Source of the DNA: a virus
Lineage: Duplodnaviria; Caudoviricetes
DNA length: 32,262 bases
Strand: one strand, 5' to 3'
IMG/VR virus record: IMGVR_UViG_3300043443_000090
Coordinates: 1 to 32,262 of that record
Under the pieces are notes generated by a model that had not been told where the DNA came from, made no database searches, and saw only the letters and a program-made list of their open reading frames with translations. Shown here one piece after another: positions 7,598 through 16,312 of this stretch. Numbering within the stretch: position 1 is the first letter of the stretch; every line of letters begins with the position of its first letter. The position numbers and the translations under genes are program-made.

Positions 7598-10441
7598 ATG
7601 GACACGTTGCAATTTCTACAGCGGGTTCTGCCCACCGACGGATACTTTGTCACGACCGTCATCAACAAAGATGGTCCGAGACAGGGATACTTCTCTACGG
7701 TGGAGGAACTCGCCAAGGTCGTACTCGCTCTCGACCAGCGTGGTAACAACACATACTTCGCCATCTCCTCGTACAAGGAGAAGGGCAGCCGAAAACAAGA
7801 GAACGTCAGAGCCACCAAGGTACTTGTACTGGACGTGGACTGTGGCGCATCGAAGCCATTCCCGTCGTGGAAGGAGGGACTCGTAGCACTGGGCAAGTTC
7901 ATTGCAGACACCGGTCTGCCCAAGCCCATGATCATTCATTCCGGCAACGGCTTGCATGTCTACTGGACGCTGGCCGAGGAGCTGGATCCTATCCAATGGA
8001 AGCCGCTGGCTGATGCTCTCAAGGCAGCCGCAGCCGACTTAAAGTTCCCTGTAGATGCCGGCCCCACTGCCAACAGTGCGCTGGTGCTACGTCCTATTGG
8101 TACGCATAACCCCAAGAACGGGAGCGAAGTGCGCCTGCTGATGGACGCACCGCAGACTACGACAGCCGTGATGACGGCTGCTCTGTCAAGATATATCAGG
8201 TTCAGTGCTGTAGATCCAATCAAGAAATCCACATCCGCACTGGCTCAAGCACTGGAAACAAAGGTAGACATACCGCTTGCCTCGTCCCATCTCGTAGCCA
8301 GCAAGTGCAAGCAGGTCAAGTGGGCAACGGAGAACCAGAGTGAGGTGGCCGAGCCGTTCTGGTATGCCCTGCTCGGCGTGGCAGCATACTGTCAGGACCC
8401 CGAAGATACTGCGATCAAGTGGAGTGAGAACCACCCGGACTTCGACGCGACCAAGACCATACAGAAACTCTACCACTGGAAGCAGTCGACTACCGGGCCG
8501 ACCACATGCAACCGCTTCGCTACTGACAGGCCGGAAGGCTGCAAAGGTTGCAGGTTCAAGGACAAGATCGGAACCCCTGCCCGACTGGGTGTGCAGTACA
8601 AGGAAGTGCAGGCCCCGCAGGAAGCGCCTGACAAGATCGCATTCGAGGTCGATATCCCCAAGCCGTTCAAGCGTACAGCCGACGGCATCAAGGTAACCAT
8701 CGACGAGTCGGACGTTGACATCTGCAAGTTCGACATCTACCCCGTCGGCTATGGCAAGGATGAGTCGCTGGGCTACGAGACTGTTCGCTACCACTGGAAG
8801 CGTCCCCATATTGGGTGGACGGAACTGTCCATGCGGCAGGCGTACCTCACCGTACCTAGGATCAAGGACTTCACCACTGACATAGCCGACCAAGGTATTG
8901 TCCTATCCACCGAGAAACAGACGGAGTTCTTTCAACTCATGCTTCGGGCATACATGGAGGAGCTACGGCAGAAGCGGGCGATGACCAACCTGTACTCCAC
9001 GATGGGGTGGAAGGAGAACTTCACCCAGTTCGTGATTGGTGACACCCTGCTGCGTCGTAGCGTGGACGGTACTGTGAGCGAGGAGGACATCACCCTGTCG
9101 TCCGGATCACAGCGGTTGGGCAGCGAGTTGTACGGCAAGCTGGGTACGCTTGAGTCGTGGTCGCAACTGACCACGCTGACCGAGAAGCTTGGCCTACCAG
9201 CACATCGTTTCGCCTTGTGTGTCAGCCTGTCCGCCCCGCTCTACGCATTCACCGGACTCAAGGGCCTGACAATATCTTTGTACGGACCTACCGGAAGCGG
9301 CAAGACGCTGGCACAGTTGTGGATGCAGAGTGTCTGGGGTAACCCGGATCGGCTGCACTTCTCTGCCAAGTTCACCCAGAACACGTTGTTCGGACGCATG
9401 GGTCTGTACGCCAACATGCCCATGACCATCGACGAGGCGACCATGATGGTCGACAAGGAAGTGGGTGACTTCCTGTACTGGGTGAGTCAAGGTAGGGACA
9501 AGGCTCGCCTCAATCGCAACGCGGAGGAGAAGGATGCGAAGACCTTTTCCATGCCGGTTACTGTATCCACCAACAAGTCCATGCAGTCAAAGCTCATCTC
9601 GTCTGGTCTGGATACCGATGCGCAGATGGCCCGACTGCTTGAGGTCACCGTCCCCTCGCACCCCATGTTTGTTCGGGATAGCGCGGCTGGTCGCAAGCTC
9701 TACAACTTCATAAACACCAACTACGGTCATGCCGGCGCTGCGTTCGTGAAGAAGTTGCTGGAACTTGGACCGGACGGTATCCGGGCAGCCATCGCCAATG
9801 CAACCGAGAACTTCAACAAGACCTACAAGTCCAAGTTCTCTGGCGAGGAGCGGTACTGGGAGCAGGCCATCATCCTTGCTGACCTTGCCGGCAAGCTTGC
9901 CGAGGACTGGGACATCATCCAGTTCGACCCGTCAGTGGGTACGGAGTGGGTACTCAATAGCCTAGGCTCGATCCGTCGCTCTGTCTTGGAGAACAAGGTC
10001 GATGCGTTCGACATGCTGTCCGAGTTCCTGAACGAGAACGTGGACAAGGCGATCACTGTGTTCCACAACGGCACTGGCAAACCCACCGTGGACTACAGCC
10101 GCATGCCAAGGAGCAGCGTGTACGTACGCTTCGACCTGCACCGCAAGTCCGCCAGCGATCAGTTCGACCACGGCAGTGTGACCATTGACCGCACCAACTT
10201 CCGCCGATGGATCTCTACCCGTGGCGCCGACTACAAGACATTTGTGCAGGAACTTACTGACGAGAATGTCAACGTCACGCCCAAGTCCAACAAGGCGTAC
10301 TTGGCCAAGGACAGTCCGATCAAGCTGCCGCAGTCCTACGTCATCGCTGTCAACCTGAACCACCCGAGACTCATGGGCATCCTCGAGAAAGCCAACGAGG
10401 ACGTGGACTCCATGAGTATCGGGCAGCTCCGGGCGCTATAG
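7598..10441 (+). CDS. Primase (AEP/RepB-like) fused to DUF927 and P-loop helicase
   Basis: LDVD, SGNGLHVYW, LRPIGTHNPK (AEP-type primase); Cys-containing primase C-terminal region; MGW (DUF927-like); Walker A GPTGSGKT and Walker B MTIDE. Confidence 0.88.
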   Translation: MDTLQFLQRVLPTDGYFVTTVINKDGPRQGYFSTVEELAKVVLALDQRGNNTYFAISSYKEKGSRKQENVRATKVLVLDVDCGASKPFPSWKEGLVALGKFIADTGLPKPMIIHSGNGLHVYWTLAEELDPIQWKPLADALKAAAADLKFPVDAGPTANSALVLRPIGTHNPKNGSEVRLLMDAPQTTTAVMTAALSRYIRFSAVDPIKKSTSALAQALETKVDIPLASSHLVASKCKQVKWATENQSEVAEPFWYALLGVAAYCQDPEDTAIKWSENHPDFDATKTIQKLYHWKQSTTGPTTCNRFATDRPEGCKGCRFKDKIGTPARLGVQYKEVQAPQEAPDKIAFEVDIPKPFKRTADGIKVTIDESDVDICKFDIYPVGYGKDESLGYETVRYHWKRPHIGWTELSMRQAYLTVPRIKDFTTDIADQGIVLSTEKQTEFFQLMLRAYMEELRQKRAMTNLYSTMGWKENFTQFVIGDTLLRRSVDGTVSEEDITLSSGSQRLGSELYGKLGTLESWSQLTTLTEKLGLPAHRFALCVSLSAPLYAFTGLKGLTISLYGPTGSGKTLAQLWMQSVWGNPDRLHFSAKFTQNTLFGRMGLYANMPMTIDEATMMVDKEVGDFLYWVSQGRDKARLNRNAEEKDAKTFSMPVTVSTNKSMQSKLISSGLDTDAQMARLLEVTVPSHPMFVRDSAAGRKLYNFINTNYGHAGAAFVKKLLELGPDGIRAAIANATENFNKTYKSKFSGEERYWEQAIILADLAGKLAEDWDIIQFDPSVGTEWVLNSLGSIRRSVLENKVDAFDMLSEFLNENVDKAITVFHNGTGKPTVDYSRMPRSSVYVRFDLHRKSASDQFDHGSVTIDRTNFRRWISTRGADYKTFVQELTDENVNVTPKSNKAYLAKDSPIKLPQSYVIAVNLNHPRLMGILEKANEDVDSMSIGQLRAL

Positions 10442-13400
10442 GTCTTCGACGTCGTAGCCCATGGCCTGAAGCATCTCGACCGTCTCTGGCTTGATACCCT
10501 CCGGTGCAGACTTGAGGTAGCGAGCCAGAGTCGGACGGGACATCTCGCGGGCAGAGCGGAGCGCTGACTTCTCGAACCCGCTGATCTCCAGCCCAGTCCC
10601 TTGGGCATCTGCGTTCCACTCACGAACGTATTCACGGATCCGCTTCATGCCAGCCTGATCCGAATCCAGATACGCCTTGCGGTACGCCTGTACGTAGTCG
10701 GCCTTGATCTCCTTGGCGTAGGCATCCAACTGCTTGGACAGGCGCACCACGTCGTTCTGCAACGTAGCTTCGGCAGGGTAGAACCCAAGCATCCGCGCCA
10801 TGGCGAGGCCCACCCCGGCGTCGCTCGACACCACTTGCCCGTCCTTGTTGGTGACACGCCCATCTGCAAGATACATCGAGCCGTCTGCAATCGAGCGGAA
10901 CGCAGCAACCGGAGACTTGCGCAGGATATCCACGACACTCGTGGTGTCGTCACGCAGCCCAATAACTTCTGCTGAGTACCGGGCAATGTTGCCAGCGGTA
11001 GCCGTTGCGTCGATCAATCCGCCGACCGCAGGACCAGCGAAATCCTTGAGTTCCTGTGTCGGAGACGCACCTGCCCGCAGTGCGCCAGTCAGCGGTATCA
11101 GATCGCCCATACCCAAGCGGCTGGAGACTGTCACGCCAGTGAACTGATCGAGTACGCCCTTCATGATGGCCGGCGTCATGCCCGGTGCGACACCATCGAA
11201 GAACTCCATCAACTCCTTCTCCACGCTCGCCGTGGTCAGGCCAAGCTTCTGCATGATGGTATCCAGAATATCCATCAGGTCTTCCGCGAACGGTAGACCG
11301 CGCATACCACTGGCCAGCAGGAGGAAGCCGATCATCAACGCCCTGCCCTTGAGCGGCATGTTGCGCAGCAACTGAACAGTGATGATCGAGAACTGCTTGT
11401 ACATAAAGACGTACTGCATGAGGTTACCGCGAGCCATCTCTGGGCGGTTGAACATGCCGTACTCGCCTTGCGAGTCGTTCACTGCATCGCGGGCAAACTG
11501 CGCAGCCTTGGCCGAGGCATCCGCTTCCGACATACCCATGGCCAGAGCGCGTTCCTTCTCCAGCCGGTACGCAGCCATCGCAGTGACGCGACGGTTCATC
11601 TGCTCGGTGTAGCTGAACATACCCATCCATGTCTGGATGGCAGCCTGCATCTTGTTGTTGCGTGTGCCCTGACCACGCGCACTACCGATCAGCGCGTTGA
11701 ACAACGCAGCCTGCAACACACCTTCTTCCGTGGCAGCCAAGAGGAACCTAGCTTCGTCCTCCGTCATGCCGTAGTCAGCCCACTTGCCGGACTCCACGAC
11801 CTTGCTGATGAACCCACCGTCAGACAGGTTGTAGTTCTTCAGATCAGTCGCAGCCTTCCAGATGGCGTTGCTGGCCTTGTTGACCGAGAAGCCACCGCCG
11901 AATCCCATCTTCTCGTTGTGCGTTGCGAGATAGGGAATCGAGTGCGTCATCAGCGAGGTGAAGTTCACAAGCGCCGTGGCAACCGAGCCACCGAGCTGCG
12001 CCACAACCACCCACATCTTGAACTGCGACCCGACCTCACCGGAGAGCTTGTCCTCGGTGGACTCGATGATGTTGCCGGCGTCGGTGTACCACCGCAGGAT
12101 GCTCTTTGCTTCTTCTCGGTAGTCCTCGCCACGACCCAGCGTAGGCGTCTGCTTGCCACCGACCTCGACAGTCCGGCCTTGCGCCTCGGGCTTCATGTAC
12201 TGATACATGTAAGCATACTTGGCATACTCGCGCCGGGCTTCTGCCCGCTGCTCATCCGTAGTGGCGTTATCCACCGCAGCCTTCAGTGCAGCCAGCTTAG
12301 CGGCATCACCAAGCCAGTTCTCTTGACGCAGGAAGATATCGTCCATCCTATGACGGAAGCGCTTCTTCGCTGCCACGTGGGCAGTGGACTCAAGGTACTC
12401 GGACACCGACCGGATAACGTCCTTGTCCCAACCCGGAGTACCCGAGCGGAACAGATTCTTTCGCGCACGCGCGTTGGTGTCCGTCAAGGTCTTGACAATA
12501 CGTTCACGTTCGTCAGGCTTGATGTTGATGTTCATCCGGTTCAAGGCGTAGATGAACTCGTTGAAGTTGACCGCCTCGACCAGATCAGGACTCTGGCGTA
12601 CCCGCGAGACTTCAGCCGTCAGCCGGACCTCCATCTCCTTACCTTCACCAGTACCGTCATCAACCATCAACTTCCATGTCTTCTCGCCACCGAACGTATT
12701 GTTCAGGTCGGCCTGCATCTCCAGCGCCTCACGGCGACTGTCGAACTGGTAGTACGGCAGGATGGTCTTGGCGCTTTCGTGCAGCGTGACGTACCTACCC
12801 TGCATGTCCGTAGCCGTCAGCTTGACCTGCTGGTCACCACGGCGGGTGAAGGGGACATACGCACCCATGATGGTGCGCATCGCATAGTACTCTGCGTTCT
12901 GCGCCTGCAAGTCGAACATGAACTGGTCGCGGATCGCCTTTTGCACGACGAAGGACTTCTTGTCCGTCTGCACCTTGGCGGCAAGACTTGGCAACTGCTT
13001 GCGGATATCGTCGTACTCTGAGTTCTGGAACTCAGCCAGATCCGCCAAGACCTCTGGCTTTGCGTCGGGCCGCTTGAGCCACACAGCCATGACGTCATCG
13101 TTGAACAGCGCACGACCAACGGCGATCACAAGCCGTTCCGCCTTCTCACGAGACTCCTTGCGCAGTTCCTTGGATGCGTTCTGGATCGTGCTGCCCGCGT
13201 ACATTATCTCGATGTACCGACGCGAGACGTCCTTGATCGCCTTCAGGTCCTCATCCGTGAACATATCCAAGCCGGTGCGCTTGTAGTTCAGGTCGTTGAA
13301 GATGCGGGTCGACTCGTCTTGGGCTGCCTCGAAGTTGGCCAGCATCATGTCGACGGCTGCCTCGGCAACCGTGTTGCGCTGTTCGAGGTAGATCTTCCAA

Positions 13401-16312
13401 GCCGTGCTGTTCTCGTCGACGTTATCCTGAACAAGCTGCTCGGTTACGCCACCCTTGCCGTCGTCGTAGGTAACTTTGAAGCCCTTGCGGAACTCCTCTG
13501 CAGTGACGACGCCGAACGTCTTGAGCGCATCAATAGCTTTACGGTTGAGCGTCAGCGATCCGTCCGGCGACAACTGCACGATGGACTGCTGCTTGCGGAT
13601 CACCTCGTCGGTGGCCGCTCGACTGCGAAGCAGCGCAGCATGGGACAGATACCAGCCAGCCTTGATCTTGTCTTGGTCGGTGGTGCTGAACTCGTGGGTC
13701 ACACCAGTCATGCGCTCGTACTTGGCCAGCAGCCTACGGGCAAACTGCTGTTGTTTCTCGAGCATGTTGTAGATCAGCGACAGGCCATAGCTGCGCCGGG
13801 CCTTGTTGTCCAGCGTCTGGATGGCGTTGAGCGCCCGCGACACCACACCGGGTGCATCCTGCCTACGGGCAGCGATGTTCTTCCACGCATCAGCGAAGTT
13901 GAAGACGCCACCGTTGGGACCCTGCGATATGGCTTGCGTGTAGCCCATGGACGCAAAGCTGCTCGACACCGCATCGCTGAACGTCGACGGAGTTGCCCGC
14001 TGGAACCTACCCTCGGTAGCCGCGTACCCACTGGACAGCGACGCACCGCTGAACTCGAACCCACCCTTGCCAGTGCGGACGTACTTGCGTGCCTGCCCGA
14101 CCAGATACCGGGCCATGTCGTCCTTGAACGTGAAGCCCAGCTTGTTGAGGAAGTTCTTGAGCTGCGTCCAGAACCGGTACAGCACAGAGGTTTCCATCGT
14201 GGCAGCGTTGTCTGCCAGATACTCCTCGATGGCCTCAAGCTTGGACATGTTCTCGGCGACCATCATGCCGTCGATGACAGCCTTGGCAGCCGGGTCGGTC
14301 CGGTACACTTCTTCAAGGGCGGCGTCCAGCTCACGCTTGGGCATGACGCCAGAGAACCCGAAGTGGCCGAGCACTTCGTGCGCCATCAGGAAGCGAAGCT
14401 GTTGCTCGGTGCGGATGAAGTCCGAGAACACTAGGACCGTATCACCACCAAACGCGTAGCCCATCGCGTTGGATGCGACCGCATCGAAGTCGCCCTTGTA
14501 CGCAGCCTTGGCACGGCGGTAGAGCGCGTTGTCCTTGGTGCGCATGTCAGCGACGTTGGCAAAGACATGGACCGTGGGCCGCTTGTAGAAGCGCGACATG
14601 AGCGAGGCGATGACCATGCGGATGCGACCGACCGGGACCGTATCCCCCAGCACAGTGCCATCATCACGGCGGAACGCACCGTTCTTGTCGTCGTAGGGCG
14701 AGCCACTGCGCGAGCGCTCTGCCGATACTTCTTCCTTGCGGGCTTCAGCCGCAAGTCGCCTAGCTTCTTCCAGTGCAGCCTTGACGCGATCAGCCTCGAC
14801 CATCACGTCGGTATCAGAGACCTCCTCGGTAGTAACCACAAACGTGTTGGCCGCTGACCGGCGTCCCTTCGGGTTACCGTCGGCATCGAAGTAGTCGCGC
14901 AGTGGCTGACCACGGACGAGGTAGTCCTGCATGTCCTCGGACACGCTCTCATACAAGGCACGCATCCGCTTGAACAGTGCATTGATCTTGCGCTTGTCCG
15001 TGAACAGGATCTGGTCTTCCCCCCACAATCCGTTGATGAGGTTCTGGAGCTTGAACTCCGGTGTGTTCGTAATGGTCGTCGAGGTCGGAGCCGGCTTGGA
15101 CGGAGCGTCACGGAACTCCTTGGCCGTCTCCTCTGGCAGGTTCGACAACTGGATATCGCCAGAGGCGAGCTTTGCCTTGATCACTGCCTCAGGCATGTTG
15201 GTGATCTTCAGATCCGGCTTGGCTCGGGTTATCGCGCTGAGCAAATTGTTCTTGTCTGCGTACGTAAACCACGCGTTAACCTCGCCCTTGCGCTCGCCCT
15301 TGCCGGGGGCATACTGCAAAGACTTCAGATCCTTGATCAGCGTGACGAACTCCAGCGTCGCACGTTCATGCCGGTCTTGGGTAACCTGCAGTTCCTCCAT
15401 GAACTTGAGCGCAACCTTGACCAGTCCGTTCTTCAGGTTGTTGCTGTCGGTGTTGAAGAACGCCATCTGCATGACGTCAGAGATCGCAAGGCCGAATACC
15501 TTTACGCTCTTGGCGGACTTGGCCTCGTCCATGGCTTCTTGCAGATCTTCGGCGGCGCTGTATGCCTTCTCGGAACGCGCCATGAGTACTTCGCCAAGTT
15601 CGATATTGGCCCGGCCTTCCATGAGAGCCTTGGTCCACCGCTCCTGATCTTCAGGATTGAGGTTGGCAAACGTCACGAACTTGGACGTGCCGTCATTCAT
15701 CACCGCATCCCATTCCGCGCTGGCATTGTGTGCCCTGAGGATGCGTTCGCCGAGTTCACCTGTGGCCTTGTTGCGAGCGACAGCCGCTGCCCAGCGCTCC
15801 TGAGCCTCTGTGCTGAGTGCCTCGAACGGAGCAAACTCAGGCGAGCCGTCATCCATCATGTCGGACCAGAGTTCACCAGCCGATGCACTGGCAGCTTCTT
15901 TATGCTTGGCGGTAATAGTCTTGGCCGCCATGCGGCGACCTTCGCCAGCGGCGACAGCAGCCTTCCACTCGGTCTTGAGTTCCGGGCTGAGTACGTTGTA
16001 GTTGGGGGCGTCCTCCGGGGCGAAGTTGAACCAAGCCCTACGGGCCTGATCGTCGGTTACTTCTACTGCCGCTTCCGGGGTGGCGGCTACCGCCGCCTCA
16101 CCTTTTGGGCTGGGCTTGCCCTCCAAGGCAGCCTGCACCTGCTCACGCAACTGCTTGAAAGAATCCAGCGTATCGGAGATCGCCGCGACGTAGTTGGCCT
16201 GCACGTCGTCGGTTCCGTACTCGTTGGCCAAAGCCACAAATCTTTCGGCTTCCTTGTCGGTGATCTGGGCACCTTTGAAGCAAGCACGGAATCGCAAGTT
16301 AACGGTAGCCAT
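10436..16312 (-). CDS. Giant polyvalent internal virion/ejection protein (1958 aa) with metallopeptidase-like and PLxRFG-like regions
   Basis: AAGGGG RBS then ATG 16312. LMAHEVLGHFG...EEYLA is a zincin-like motif (~14363-14380). YVPFTRRG resembles the PLxRFG signature (~12840-12860). Largely helical; last gene of the virion operon. Confidence 0.75.
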   Translation of the reverse strand: MATVNLRFRACFKGAQITDKEAERFVALANEYGTDDVQANYVAAISDTLDSFKQLREQVQAALEGKPSPKGEAAVAATPEAAVEVTDDQARRAWFNFAPEDAPNYNVLSPELKTEWKAAVAAGEGRRMAAKTITAKHKEAASASAGELWSDMMDDGSPEFAPFEALSTEAQERWAAAVARNKATGELGERILRAHNASAEWDAVMNDGTSKFVTFANLNPEDQERWTKALMEGRANIELGEVLMARSEKAYSAAEDLQEAMDEAKSAKSVKVFGLAISDVMQMAFFNTDSNNLKNGLVKVALKFMEELQVTQDRHERATLEFVTLIKDLKSLQYAPGKGERKGEVNAWFTYADKNNLLSAITRAKPDLKITNMPEAVIKAKLASGDIQLSNLPEETAKEFRDAPSKPAPTSTTITNTPEFKLQNLINGLWGEDQILFTDKRKINALFKRMRALYESVSEDMQDYLVRGQPLRDYFDADGNPKGRRSAANTFVVTTEEVSDTDVMVEADRVKAALEEARRLAAEARKEEVSAERSRSGSPYDDKNGAFRRDDGTVLGDTVPVGRIRMVIASLMSRFYKRPTVHVFANVADMRTKDNALYRRAKAAYKGDFDAVASNAMGYAFGGDTVLVFSDFIRTEQQLRFLMAHEVLGHFGFSGVMPKRELDAALEEVYRTDPAAKAVIDGMMVAENMSKLEAIEEYLADNAATMETSVLYRFWTQLKNFLNKLGFTFKDDMARYLVGQARKYVRTGKGGFEFSGASLSSGYAATEGRFQRATPSTFSDAVSSSFASMGYTQAISQGPNGGVFNFADAWKNIAARRQDAPGVVSRALNAIQTLDNKARRSYGLSLIYNMLEKQQQFARRLLAKYERMTGVTHEFSTTDQDKIKAGWYLSHAALLRSRAATDEVIRKQQSIVQLSPDGSLTLNRKAIDALKTFGVVTAEEFRKGFKVTYDDGKGGVTEQLVQDNVDENSTAWKIYLEQRNTVAEAAVDMMLANFEAAQDESTRIFNDLNYKRTGLDMFTDEDLKAIKDVSRRYIEIMYAGSTIQNASKELRKESREKAERLVIAVGRALFNDDVMAVWLKRPDAKPEVLADLAEFQNSEYDDIRKQLPSLAAKVQTDKKSFVVQKAIRDQFMFDLQAQNAEYYAMRTIMGAYVPFTRRGDQQVKLTATDMQGRYVTLHESAKTILPYYQFDSRREALEMQADLNNTFGGEKTWKLMVDDGTGEGKEMEVRLTAEVSRVRQSPDLVEAVNFNEFIYALNRMNINIKPDERERIVKTLTDTNARARKNLFRSGTPGWDKDVIRSVSEYLESTAHVAAKKRFRHRMDDIFLRQENWLGDAAKLAALKAAVDNATTDEQRAEARREYAKYAYMYQYMKPEAQGRTVEVGGKQTPTLGRGEDYREEAKSILRWYTDAGNIIESTEDKLSGEVGSQFKMWVVVAQLGGSVATALVNFTSLMTHSIPYLATHNEKMGFGGGFSVNKASNAIWKAATDLKNYNLSDGGFISKVVESGKWADYGMTEDEARFLLAATEEGVLQAALFNALIGSARGQGTRNNKMQAAIQTWMGMFSYTEQMNRRVTAMAAYRLEKERALAMGMSEADASAKAAQFARDAVNDSQGEYGMFNRPEMARGNLMQYVFMYKQFSIITVQLLRNMPLKGRALMIGFLLLASGMRGLPFAEDLMDILDTIMQKLGLTTASVEKELMEFFDGVAPGMTPAIMKGVLDQFTGVTVSSRLGMGDLIPLTGALRAGASPTQELKDFAGPAVGGLIDATATAGNIARYSAEVIGLRDDTTSVVDILRKSPVAAFRSIADGSMYLADGRVTNKDGQVVSSDAGVGLAMARMLGFYPAEATLQNDVVRLSKQLDAYAKEIKADYVQAYRKAYLDSDQAGMKRIREYVREWNADAQGTGLEISGFEKSALRSAREMSRPTLARYLKSAPEGIKPETVEMLQAMGYDVEDL

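Noticed and set aside
11468-14434. 517-aa and 371-aa + strand ORFs
   Set aside because: Antisense shadows of the giant protein gene with no domain signatures.
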